NCBI GenBank assembly: GCA_963705255.1
Contig: OY970061.1
Span: 576,001 to 640,000 of the forward strand
Direction: 5' to 3'
Length of the DNA stretch: 64,000 bases
Source: an uncultured Methanoregulaceae archaeon
GTDB taxonomy: Archaea > Halobacteriota > Methanomicrobia > Methanomicrobiales > Methanospirillaceae
Each line of letters starts with the position of its first letter. Within the stretch, counting starts at the first letter, position 1. Shown here piece after piece: positions 40,639 through 50,643 of this stretch. Both the position numbers and the translations under genes were made by a program. The notes under the pieces were generated by a model. The model made no database searches, was not told the origin of the DNA, and worked only from the letters and a program-made list of their open reading frames with translations.

Positions 40639-42471
40639 ATGGCTGAAATGTACAGCGTCGTTTTCCACCCCATGAGCAGGATCGTATCTGTACCTTCTGG
40701 TTCGACGGTCCTCGAAGCCATCCGGAACGCTGAGATCCAGTTCGAGAGTATCTGCGGCGGAAAAGGAGAATGCAACAAGTGCAAAGTCATTCTCCTGCAG
40801 GGCTCGTGTGATGCCGGCTCGCCGGAGAGTACCCGGGGCCTGACTGCTGATGAGATAGCCCGGAACTACTGTCGGGCCTGCCGGACTCATATCACCGGAA
40901 ACTGCGAGTTTATCATCCCGGTGGAGAGCCGGATCGATGCCCCAAAAATACTCCAGAACCATGCTGAAATCACTACCTGGCTGTATCCCCTGGTAACAAA
41001 ACACCGGCTTGCAGCGCCCGGGAATCATCACCATCCGCACGGGTCCCGTTCCCTGAGACTCGAAGGGTATTCCGGCACCCGCCCTCACATGACCCGCGAA
41101 CAGATGGGCCGGCTGACAGCTGCGGAGGGCGGGCAGGTCACGGTTGCTGTCACCCGGTCGAACGGGTACCCGGAAGTTCTGGGAATCGAGGCGGGAGACA
41201 CCACGGCGGAGAACTACGGTATCGCCCTTGACCTCGGGACTACAACCGTTGTCGGGGTGCTTGTTGATTGTGCGACCGGCCGGACCTGCAGCCAGTCCTC
41301 TTCCCTGAACCGGCAGATAACCTATGGCGAGGAGTTGCTCACCCGGATCGCTTTTGCAAAAAAACCCGGCGGGAAAGAAAAACTCCGGGCTGCGGCCGTT
41401 GAGAGTATCAATGCGGTCATCGGACAGCTCCTCTCGTCTGCCGGGGTGAGCGGGGATTCTGTCTATGACCTCTGCATAGGCAGCAATACGGTTATGAACT
41501 ACCTCCTCTTTGGCCGCGATACAGCAATCCTTGAGATTGCGAATGCTGATATCTCCCGGAGCCCTTTCCTTGCCCGGGCACTGGACCTCGGGCTTCTGGC
41601 AAATCCACAGGCGTACGTGTACTGTCTTCCCAACGTCAGCCGGTTTGTTGGTGGGGATGCCGTGGGAGATGTCATTGCATCGGGGATGCACCTGTCTCCC
41701 GACCTCTCCCTGATGATAGACCTTGGTACAAACGGCGAAGTTGTTCTCGGCAACAGGGACTGGCTGGCTTCTGTCTCATGTGCATCCGGGCCTGCTTTCG
41801 AAGGTGCCGGGATCACCTCGGGTATGCGGGCGATGCGGGGAGCGATCGATCATATCGGTATCGACCCCGCCACGTTCAGGGTTTCATGGACAACGATCGG
41901 AAATGAGCTTCCCCGGGGGATCTGCGGATCGGGAATCATCGATGCAGCGGCTGCGATGGTGACCTCGGGTATCGTGGATTTCACCGGCAGGCTTGTGGAG
42001 GAGAAGCCCGGCGTGCGCCGTGGTAAGGAAGGTCTCGAATATGTCCTCGTTCCCTGCAAGGAGACAGCAACCGGCCGGGATATCGTGATCACGAAGCAGG
42101 ACCTTGCCTACCTTATGGACTCAAAAGCCGCAGCATGCGGGGCGATCGGGGTCCTCTTAAAAAAATACCGTATCCCGGTGAGGAGTGTCCGCAATGTGTA
42201 CTTTGCCGGGGCATTCGGTGCCTATGCAGATCGGAACAAAATTGTGACCTTCGGGATAACCCCCGATTTTCCCGATGCAGAATTCCATGCTATCGGGAAT
42301 GGTTCCCTCACGGGTGCACGTGCCGCCCTGCTGTCCGGGAAAAAACGGCAGGAAGCGCTGGATGTTGCGAAGAAGATGGTGTATATCGACCTGCTGGTAG
42401 ATGCGGATTTTATTGAGGAGTACGCGTCGGCGATCTACATTCCCGGCAAACCTGAATATTTCCCCCGCTGA
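40639..42471 (+). CDS. ASKHA-family reductive activator of corrinoid protein (RACo/AcsV, DUF4445) with N-terminal 2Fe-2S domain
   Basis: CGGKGECNKC, DLGTTT, FVGGD, DLGTNGE, GPAFEG, GICGSG, AGAFG. Confidence 0.9.
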   Translation: MAEMYSVVFHPMSRIVSVPSGSTVLEAIRNAEIQFESICGGKGECNKCKVILLQGSCDAGSPESTRGLTADEIARNYCRACRTHITGNCEFIIPVESRIDAPKILQNHAEITTWLYPLVTKHRLAAPGNHHHPHGSRSLRLEGYSGTRPHMTREQMGRLTAAEGGQVTVAVTRSNGYPEVLGIEAGDTTAENYGIALDLGTTTVVGVLVDCATGRTCSQSSSLNRQITYGEELLTRIAFAKKPGGKEKLRAAAVESINAVIGQLLSSAGVSGDSVYDLCIGSNTVMNYLLFGRDTAILEIANADISRSPFLARALDLGLLANPQAYVYCLPNVSRFVGGDAVGDVIASGMHLSPDLSLMIDLGTNGEVVLGNRDWLASVSCASGPAFEGAGITSGMRAMRGAIDHIGIDPATFRVSWTTIGNELPRGICGSGIIDAAAAMVTSGIVDFTGRLVEEKPGVRRGKEGLEYVLVPCKETATGRDIVITKQDLAYLMDSKAAACGAIGVLLKKYRIPVRSVRNVYFAGAFGAYADRNKIVTFGITPDFPDAEFHAIGNGSLTGARAALLSGKKRQEALDVAKKMVYIDLLVDADFIEEYASAIYIPGKPEYFPR

Positions 42472-42474
42472 CGG

Positions 42475-43269
42475 TCATTCGAAGAGCCAGCCGAGGTCCT
42501 GGAGCTCTTCAATCTGCGCCAGCTGGACGTTGATATCGGTTTTTTTTGGGATCTCCAGTTTTGCGACGATCTTGTTCGAACCGCCGAACGTATCCAGCGT
42601 CGCGCCAAGTGCGACGAGGTCCCGGAGGATCTCGTCCTGCATCTTCTTGCGGTCCCCTTCACCCAGTTCCGCTATGAGCTGGAACTCCGGGTGCTTCAGT
42701 ATTGCCGTCTTGTTGATGGTGACACCGCTCTGGCTTTCGAGAACGGCATCGAATGCCTCGCGCCGCATCCGCTGGTTCTCCATGTGGGAATAGATGCGGT
42801 ACCCGCTCTTGATGGAAGAGGCGATCCCGTCGATCTTGGCAACCACCTGCTCCACGATGGTCTCGAGCTGGTCCTGCGCATGGGTGATGGCAAAGAGGTG
42901 GAAGTCATCAGAATAGATCCACTGGATCTCGGTCGTGTTCGCCTTTTTGTAGATCTGTTCGGTGATGACCCAGTCCCCCCGCCGGAGCGTGAATCCCAGG
43001 ATCCGGAAGTCCGGTCTCTTTTTTGCGATCACCGGGTAGACCTGGAGATCATCGATAAGGGATACGTCCTTGTCCCGGTATTCGGTGATGACGAGTTCGA
43101 AATAGCGGGTCTTCGGGTGAGGGGGTTTGAGGATAACACTGTCGTAGACCTTCCATTTGTATTCCATGACCTGCTGGATCTCGATCTCATCCCCGATATC
43201 GATAAGGTACGAATGGCCGATGTGGTGCCTGTCAACCTTCTGGTATTCATGATACACCACATCGGTCAT
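42475..43269 (-). CDS. Hypothetical protein (264 aa)
   Basis: Long ORF with host-like codon usage; no motif recognised. Confidence 0.7.
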   Translation of the reverse strand: MTDVVYHEYQKVDRHHIGHSYLIDIGDEIEIQQVMEYKWKVYDSVILKPPHPKTRYFELVITEYRDKDVSLIDDLQVYPVIAKKRPDFRILGFTLRRGDWVITEQIYKKANTTEIQWIYSDDFHLFAITHAQDQLETIVEQVVAKIDGIASSIKSGYRIYSHMENQRMRREAFDAVLESQSGVTINKTAILKHPEFQLIAELGEGDRKKMQDEILRDLVALGATLDTFGGSNKIVAKLEIPKKTDINVQLAQIEELQDLGWLFE

Positions 43270-43488
43270 GGTTTGTCTCGTTAATGCCGTTGTTTCGTAA
43301 AAGAACCCTTACGATGATAAATTTCCGGGAAAATTTTCCTTTTCGGGGCTGCTTAATATCTATTTTCCTATGCATTTATTTGAGTTCTTTGGTCTGGGTT
43401 TCCTCCGTTGGCCGGTATACATGAACCGGAGTGGCTGGCAGGTCCTGCCACACCTGTCAACAAGCTGTATCTTGTCGAACGTGTAAAC

Positions 43489-44130
43489 ATGACCGGCAGG
43501 ACTGATACACCGGTGCGGGTAAATCCTGATGCATGGGATGAAGAATATTCCCGGAAGGGCAGGCTCTTCGGTGGTTCCGTGTTCACCTTACCGGGTCTCC
43601 TCCCGGGCCCGGACGTGCTCGAACTCGGGTGTGGCGATGGCAAGACCCTGTCGGCAATGGTACACCGGGACTGGAAGGTGACCACCCTGGATTTCTCCTC
43701 CCGGGCAGTTATCCTTGCCCGGGATGCAGCCGGATTATCGGCGAATCTTGTCATCGGGGACGCCCGGGCTATACCGTTCAGGCAGGAAACTTTCGACGCA
43801 GTCTTTGCTCACCACATCTTCGGGCATATGACACAGGGTGACCGTGAAGAGATCTCCCGTGAGATATTCCGGGTCATCAGGCCGGGCGGGAATCTCTATT
43901 TCAACGATTTCTCTACCCGTGATTTCAGGTTCGGGAAAGGGTCTGAAACGGAACCAGGAACGTTCAGGCGGGGAAACGGGATCTGCACGCATTATTTTAC
44001 CCCCGGTGAAGTGGCCGATCTTTTTTCCCGCCTTGCCGTGGTTTCCGTGGACTACCGGGACTGGAATATGCGTATACGCGGAAGGGACCTGCCGCGATCC
44101 GAGGTGACCGCAGTGTTCAGGAAATGTTGA
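43489..44130 (+). CDS. Class I SAM-dependent methyltransferase
   Basis: VLELGCGDGK, LDFS, GDA..IPF, RPGG. Confidence 0.85.
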   Translation: MTGRTDTPVRVNPDAWDEEYSRKGRLFGGSVFTLPGLLPGPDVLELGCGDGKTLSAMVHRDWKVTTLDFSSRAVILARDAAGLSANLVIGDARAIPFRQETFDAVFAHHIFGHMTQGDREEISREIFRVIRPGGNLYFNDFSTRDFRFGKGSETEPGTFRRGNGICTHYFTPGEVADLFSRLAVVSVDYRDWNMRIRGRDLPRSEVTAVFRKC

Positions 44131-44426
44131 ATCCCGAAGTGGTGAGGCAGGAGAAGAACCCGAAGAATTCAAATAAATTCTTCGGCTCTTCGAGGTTCTG
44201 ATGAACCTCTCAGAACCCGGAGGGTTCTTCGATTTGCCGAATCCCGCTGGACCCTATGAATGATTCGGAGGAAGTATCGGAGGGGGTTCTTCGATTTGCC
44301 GGATATGACATGCCGAACCCCGGAGGGGTGAGGCAGGAGAAGAACTCGAAGAATTCAAATAAATTCTTCGGCTCTTCGAGGTTCTGATGAACCTCTCAGA
44401 ACCCGGAGGGTTCTTCGACTTGCCGA
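44129..44426. repeat. Tandem duplication (186-bp period) of a multi-hairpin element between convergent genes
   Basis: 44141-44240 is nearly identical to 44327-44426; family B units at 44150-44193 and 44336-44379. Confidence 0.9.
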
Positions 44427-44429
44427 GGT

Positions 44430-45283
44430 TCAGCGCCGGGATACCCACAGGACTGCGTAACAGGCAAGTGCGATCAGCGCAGGCGCCCCGTCAAAACCGG
44501 GGAGGGGCTTGTCCCGGTTGCCGTGGTCCCGGGAATATACCCGAGAATGGCCGATACCTGAACAGTGCTTCCCGTTGTGACATTGACGGTCTTTGTGACC
44601 GGTTCGAAATTATCTTTCTCGAACCGGAATGTATGTATGCCGGCCGGGATCTCGTCCAGTGTTACAGGTGCATCACCGGCATAGGAGCCATCGATATACA
44701 CCTGAACTCCAGAGGGTGACGATATCACCCTGGCTGCACCGGTAGCTGGCTGTGTGGATGCAGAAGCTGACTTTGTGGGATCAATTACCGTGTGTGAAAA
44801 AGCAGGAAGTACATCAACGTTGGTGAATTGCCGGGAGTATGCGTCCGGGAAGGTCACGGTTATCGTTGCCGGAGAAAAGTCGGCGGTGATGACACTGCTG
44901 AGTGCGGAATTCTTCAGGGCGATCTCTGCCTTTTTGAAGTTCATAGAAGCGGTTCGGTATTCAGTGCCTTCAGGAACATCGCCGGTATCCGCAAATTTGC
45001 TCATGAGGAGAGTTGCAGCTGACTTGTTCATGGAAATGATCTCCGGGGGATCGGAACTGCTGGCAAGTCCTTTTTTGAGCTCGTCCTCCAGAATGGATTG
45101 CGGGATGGCATTCTCAAGGATCCCTTCCAGTGTGAAGCGGAAGATTGCCGTGGCATCCCCGTTTTTGCTGATGGTGATATCAAGCGAGTTGGCAGTGAAT
45201 GCCTGGACCGGCACAGCAACAAGAAATGCAGTACAGAATACGAGCAGCATGGAACAAAGGAAACGTGATGATTCCAGCGACAA
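44430..45283 (-). CDS. Secreted PEGA-domain protein with PGF-CTERM anchor hidden by a frameshift near 44500; start approximate
   Basis: Signal peptide; SSPSGVQVYIDG PEGA motif; alternative frame SPGFDGAPALIALACYAVLWVSRR-stop. Confidence 0.8.
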
Positions 45284-45466
45284 GATTATTTCCCCTCCAG
45301 GGAACCGGGAATTGTGATGTGCTGTATCCGGATCTGTTGTTATTGCCGATAAGCGTATCATCGCCAGCCCGGAACCCCGTATTTGATCATCTGACCCGGT
45401 TTTACCGGCACGATTTTTTCGCTCAAATTAATTAATATAGCGTTGAGGCGCATATTTCAGGCAGCT

Positions 45467-46135
45467 ATGATAGACTCGGTCATAACAGTCCTTCTTCATC
45501 TTGACCAGAACATGACAGCAGTTGTCCATCAATATGGCATGTGGACGTATCTTATCCTGTTCTGTATCATCTTCTTCGAAACCGGGTTTGTCATCATGCC
45601 ATTTCTTCCCGGGGACTCGATCCTGTTCGTCGCGGGGGCTGCAGCGGCGAGTGGTATTCTCGATCTCCAGTGGCTGCTTATTGCAATTGTCCTTGGTGCG
45701 GTCCTCGGCGACACCGTGAACTACTGGATCGGAAATTACATCGGGCTCCACGTATTTCTCGAACGGTTTCCGAACCTTGTCAAAAAGGAATACGTTGACC
45801 GGACCTATGGGTTTTACGAAAAATATGGCGGTACTACCATCTTTGTGGCACGGTTCTTTCCCATTATCCGGACGTTTGCACCCTTTCTTGCCGGGGTCGG
45901 GTCCATGCAGTACCGGCGGTTCCTGTTCTATAATGTCCTGGGAGGAACCGCATGGACCTTCTTTGTCGTCCTTGCCGGTTATTACCTTGGTGCATTTTCC
46001 ATCGTGAAAGAAAACATGAGCCTCCTGATTATCGCCGTTCTTGTCGTGACGGCTGCTACGGTTATTGTTATTGCAGCCGGTATCCTGTCTGCCTACCTCC
46101 GGAAGGAACCTGCAGTTCAGGAAAAAAACCAATAA
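45467..46135 (+). CDS. DedA family membrane protein
   Basis: FFETG..PFLPGDS, GDTVNY, ARF.P.IRTFAPF.AG. Confidence 0.93.
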   Translation: MIDSVITVLLHLDQNMTAVVHQYGMWTYLILFCIIFFETGFVIMPFLPGDSILFVAGAAAASGILDLQWLLIAIVLGAVLGDTVNYWIGNYIGLHVFLERFPNLVKKEYVDRTYGFYEKYGGTTIFVARFFPIIRTFAPFLAGVGSMQYRRFLFYNVLGGTAWTFFVVLAGYYLGAFSIVKENMSLLIIAVLVVTAATVIVIAAGILSAYLRKEPAVQEKNQ

Positions 46136-46426
46136 CCTTTCGGGCGTTGCTGAAAAAATAATTACGTTTGTTTTTCCACTCTCTGCCGGCTACTATTTTT
46201 GAAATGTTTCCAGGACGGTTTCCGATCGCGGCTGCAAGGCTGATGGAACGTAACGAAAGGAATTTTCCAGGCATTATTCTTTGTCCGCCCGGTAAATGAA
46301 AGAAATACCGGCTCTGGAGAACCGGACATGAACCTATAACGTTCACCCCGGAACCATGAAAATCGTAGTATTCAGATATCACGGAAGGTGGTTCCTCTTT
46401 TACGATTGCGATGAACGCCGCCGCAC

Positions 46427-46987
46427 TCGAAGAACTCTGACGAGTTCTTCTCATCCTAGAGGTCCTGATGAACCTCTTCGGTGTCGAAGATTGATCTCTT
46501 CTCCACAGTTATCGGCATCCCCAACGGGGAGCCAGCCGTGACCTGATGAACAGGGCCGGCTGGAGAAAATTCTCCGCAAGAGAATTTTCAACTCGCCCCG
46601 CAGTGGGATCAACCTCCTTGCCCCGCCGTGCCTCATCTTTCACAAGATTCGGCAAGAGGAAGTTTTTCAGACTTCCTCTGCTTCATCCGTACAGGATGAA
46701 GCAAGTCGAAGAATCCTTGCGGATTCTTCTCCAGTCGATCCTCGCTGACGCGACGATTGACTCCCCGGAGAGGCCCTGAGGCGGGGAGTTCTCGTACCTG
46801 AACGATTTTTAGGGGAATTCCCAGTATATCCTGTGATTCGCTTACATTTTTCAACGATTATGAGGGTGATCCCCTCACTCATGTCGAAGAACTCTGATGA
46901 GTTCTTCTCCAGCCTGCTCTTCCCTTCGGGAATCTGAAAGGTTCATCAGAACCTTGAAGGAGAGAAGAATTCGAAAGAATTCTTCGA
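46427..46987. repeat. Large cluster of family B hairpins plus a split family A repeat
   Basis: Units 46427-46453, 46484-46504, 46562-46591, 46706-46732, 46884-46910, 46961-46987; family A arms at 46614-46632 and 46772-46796. Confidence 0.8.
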
Positions 46988-47050
46988 ACAGCAGTCTTCC
47001 CCAAGAGCGTCTGGAATGAAAGCCATGATTTCTGCAGAGCCAAAAAAAGA

Positions 47051-48130
47051 TTACTTTTTCTGCCGGACAACAAGTCCCCTGTTATCAATTTTTGTGGCTA
47101 TCGCGATCTTCAGTCCCAGAGGGCGGATGAGTTTTTCAACTGCCTTTTTGTCCAGTTCTGTCACGACAGCGATGGAAGGGCCGACAGAGCTCATGCCGAT
47201 AAATTCCAGTCTCTTTTCCCGGAGCATGCTCATGTAATGATAGATCTCAAAACTGTGGTGCTCCACTTCCGCACGTTTTGACCCACGGAACTCAATCTCC
47301 CAGATCACGTCCCCCGCCTTCCTGACGTCCCCCTTCTCGAGTGCAGGGATGAGGTCCATCAGGAAAAGGTACGCCTTGAGTTCCCGGTCACGGTAATCGA
47401 GGGTTCTGGCCTTGTTCATCAGGAGGTCGAATTCCTGGGTGCCGGCAGAGGAGATGTCCGTGGGCGGGATGATGATATAGACATTCATGCCTTCAGCAAA
47501 GGGGTGGTGGTACACAAGCGAGAGCTCGTCTCCCATCACGGCCATTCCGCCATACGTGCTCACCGCGGGGCCGACCCCGGTCTCAAATCCGAATGCGATG
47601 TTACCATCGGCAGTCTCCTCGACATAGTTGTGCCCGATAAGGTGCCGCAACTGGGTGTTTGCCAGGGGCGAGCCGACCGCCTGGTTCAGGGCAGTTGCGA
47701 CCGCAATCATGACCGTGCTGGTGGAGCCAAGGCCCACATGCTTGTGCTCGTGGTCCGTGACTTTGATCCGGAACCCGCCCTTGTACCCCGTGACGTTCCG
47801 GAAGACCTCGACAAAGTTCCGGACGATGGGTGCCCGGTTGTAATCGATGACCACCTCCTTTTTCGTGCAGCTGACTTCGGCGGAACAGTAGCACTGTATC
47901 GCAAACCCGATTCCTCCCCCTCCCGGGTGGTCCGGAGCAAACCGGTTCATGTCCAGCACGGTCAGGTGGATTCGCGCCGGGGCCTGCACAAAAACCGTTC
48001 CTTTCACGGGTTTCAGTAAGTATCTTTTTTTCTCGAGGCCAAGCGTCTTGAGGTTTTTCCCCGGTAGGAACCCCTTGAACTCGTATTCCACGAGGTCGAG
48101 GTCGCCGCCGCGTATCTTCATGATCGCCAT
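47051..48130 (-). CDS. GHMP-kinase superfamily, beta-RFAP synthase-like protein
   Basis: APARIHL...D, GGGGIG, HVGLGS, GMSSVGP, DNRG. Confidence 0.75.
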   Translation of the reverse strand: MAIMKIRGGDLDLVEYEFKGFLPGKNLKTLGLEKKRYLLKPVKGTVFVQAPARIHLTVLDMNRFAPDHPGGGGIGFAIQCYCSAEVSCTKKEVVIDYNRAPIVRNFVEVFRNVTGYKGGFRIKVTDHEHKHVGLGSTSTVMIAVATALNQAVGSPLANTQLRHLIGHNYVEETADGNIAFGFETGVGPAVSTYGGMAVMGDELSLVYHHPFAEGMNVYIIIPPTDISSAGTQEFDLLMNKARTLDYRDRELKAYLFLMDLIPALEKGDVRKAGDVIWEIEFRGSKRAEVEHHSFEIYHYMSMLREKRLEFIGMSSVGPSIAVVTELDKKAVEKLIRPLGLKIAIATKIDNRGLVVRQKK

Positions 48131-48503
48131 AGAGAACAAATCCTGTTAGGTGCGGTCACGGGAAAATGGTTCCGTTTAATCCGTGCGCAGCGTTCCGGAA
48201 CCAGATGCACCTCCGCGGTCTCCATGACCAGAATACTTCCGCGAACCTCATTCTCATTTTTTATCTTCCTTTAGATGTGAATCAGGCAGGATTCAATTCT
48301 TTACGGATCTGAAAATCGGCAAAAAATAAAAATGCCCGTAGTCTTATTTCTGCCTGTCATGAACAAAGAAAATGTCTGGCTTCATTTGTAAAATGACCTG
48401 GTAAAATTGACTATCGATGCACGCGGGCATTGAAATATCGCAATCCTCCGAAAAGCCAGCCAAACCATGCCTTGTAAATTTTATATATCTTGACGGGAGA
48501 TGG

Positions 48504-49562
48504 ATGACTATGACATTCAGACTGGCGAATATGTATGCAATTCTGCTGTTTTTCCTGCTGGTATCAGTCAGTTATGCAAGTGCGGCGCCGTCAATTCCTA
48601 CGATCTCCCAGGGAAATACGATCTTCATCGGGGAGCAGGGACTGGATATTACGAGGGCATTAGGAGGTTCAACACAGATCGGGTGGTGGGCATCCGCCGC
48701 TGACATCGCCACCAGTTCTCCGAACCAGGTCGTCCCGATCAGCAGTCCGACCAGTTTTTATGTGGATCCCACATCATTCGGATCGTATACCGGTGGCTGG
48801 TACCGTCTGGATAGTACCTCGAAGGCAGCAGGACCTGCATTCACGGTTGCGGATCCCAACCTTGCCGTAAAGGTGAGGGATACCACGGCTTCGATCGATG
48901 CAACCAACAGCTGGGTACCACGGGGAGATCTGGTCCAGTTTGAGATAGACACCAACCTGATCGCAATTTCCCAGCGGTCCGTCTCGCCAACCATGCAGCT
49001 GTATGTTCAGGCTCCCAATGGTGCCCAGTATAGTGCTCTGGTTAATGGAGGTACTACGACTCCGATAGACAATATTCAGGTCACAACGAGTCCTTTCTTG
49101 ACGGGTTCGATATGGGATACCGGTAATTCTCTCTATCCTTCCGGTACATATACGGTCTGGGTAGAATGCGATGTCAACGGCATGAAGGACAACTACGGCG
49201 TGGCTGGAAAGACCATCAGCAGCCAGGTCACCGTTCTGGATCAGGATCAGAACCCCCGGATTGCAAACAGCGCATATATAACAAATCCCACCACTCAGAT
49301 CACGATTTTGCCCGCTCAGATAACCACAACAATTCCACCTGCAACCGAACCGATCACCCAGCCTTCAGTTTCCCGGACTGCTATCCCGCAACCGACTACT
49401 CTTCCGGCTACCGTAAGCACGCTCACTCCGCAGACTTCCGTAATACCCTCAATAACGGAACAACCAACCCTGCCTCAGCCGACACGGAGTCCGGGGTTCG
49501 GCTTCGTTGTCGCCGTCGGTGCGGCGATCATCTGTTTTGCGGTATATTCACGGAAAAAATAA
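48504..49562 (+). CDS. DUF3821-like cell-surface protein with PGF-CTERM
   Basis: Signal peptide, G.TIFIGEQGLDI, Thr/Pro-rich linker, SPGFG plus TM helix plus RKK. Confidence 0.85.
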   Translation: MTMTFRLANMYAILLFFLLVSVSYASAAPSIPTISQGNTIFIGEQGLDITRALGGSTQIGWWASAADIATSSPNQVVPISSPTSFYVDPTSFGSYTGGWYRLDSTSKAAGPAFTVADPNLAVKVRDTTASIDATNSWVPRGDLVQFEIDTNLIAISQRSVSPTMQLYVQAPNGAQYSALVNGGTTTPIDNIQVTTSPFLTGSIWDTGNSLYPSGTYTVWVECDVNGMKDNYGVAGKTISSQVTVLDQDQNPRIANSAYITNPTTQITILPAQITTTIPPATEPITQPSVSRTAIPQPTTLPATVSTLTPQTSVIPSITEQPTLPQPTRSPGFGFVVAVGAAIICFAVYSRKK

Positions 49563-49634
49563 TTTTTCCGGAGAAACAGGCATAAACCAATCGGGATTAC
49601 TCCGCTACCATAACCCAAAAAATCTTAATGATCA

Positions 49635-50196
49635 TTATTTGGCAATATCACGGTCAAAGAAGATGTTTTTTCCTGTAGCCGAGAGGGGAACAGCATACGC
49701 GACCGTGCATTCCTTATCGAAGAGGCCGAGGTCGAGCGCTGCGGCACCGCCGGAATACATGATCCGGTTATCAACATTATGGATCTGGGCGGTTTTTACC
49801 GCAGAACCGATCGCTATCCCAAGATCGGCCATCCTTACTGCACAGTTCGGGCCCGAGAAGAATGTGCCCTGCTCTTTTAGCGTGGCGTACGCTTCTGCCA
49901 TATCGGCGCATGTCAGGAAACCGCACGCCCCGCAGTTGATGCCGGCGGTCAGGTTTCCTTTTCCTCCGATGAGGACACACCCGTCGCATGCGGCAAAATT
50001 TTTTGAGTCGCGCAGGAAGAAACCGATGTTTTTTGCCTCGCCCAGTTCAGCGAGACGTTTTGCAACAGCCTTGATCTCCTTTCCGGTCAGCACTCTGCAC
50101 AGGATGGTGTCCACCCCTCTGCCTTTCGGGGCGGTCCTGGCGGCAAGCACCATCAGCTCTGCGACAGTGGCAACGGCATTCTTTTCAGTACCTCAT
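49635..50196 (-). CDS. DUF2148 ferredoxin-like domain protein; probable 1-nt indel just after the start
   Basis: AARTAPKG.G.D, NCGACGFLTC, DLGIAIGSA, VDNRIMYS, KNIFFDR. Confidence 0.85.
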
Positions 50197-50283
50197 AAAG
50201 GAGTATGTGCGATGACGACAGGATAAAAGGTGCGTAACTGCACCCGGTCGCGGGAAACGATGTTCCGGAATTATTAAAAAAGC

Positions 50284-50565
50284 TCAGGACTGGTCGGCAC
50301 CGGCGACCTCTTCCTCAGTCGGGGGTGTCGTCCAGACCTTCCAGCAGAAATAGATGATCGAGGCTACAATCAGCACGATGAGGAGTACCGCACTCCAGAT
50401 ATCTTCTGCAAAGAGCAGGTTTACCGGGATATTCATCCCCATGCGGTCATTCACAAAACCGATGCCCAGCGCAATGATAAAAAAGAGGATGAACCCGACG
50501 ACACACCCGAGGAGAATTGCCGCCGCAACGCGCAACGGGCTGGGTTTTATGGCATTTTCTGTCAT
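50284..50565 (-). CDS. Small two-TM membrane protein
   Basis: Two hydrophobic helices and an acidic tail. Confidence 0.65.
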   Translation of the reverse strand: MTENAIKPSPLRVAAAILLGCVVGFILFFIIALGIGFVNDRMGMNIPVNLLFAEDIWSAVLLIVLIVASIIYFCWKVWTTPPTEEEVAGADQS

Positions 50566-50643
50566 GTAATGACAGTTTTCCATCCCGAAATAAAAACCAA
50601 TCGGTTGGGTGATACGTCCCTGCGGGAAAGAGAAAAGGGCGCA

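Noticed and set aside
46884-46945. Hammerhead ribozyme or box C/D sRNA suggested by CTGATGA motifs
   Set aside because: CTGATGA is the loop of a perfect local hairpin and varies to CTGACG/CTAATG in sister units; I could not build hammerhead stems or properly spaced C/D boxes.
15802-46987. CRISPR array interpretation of the tandem repeats
   Set aside because: Only 2-3 units per site, irregular and often self-complementary inserts, and no cas genes in the window.
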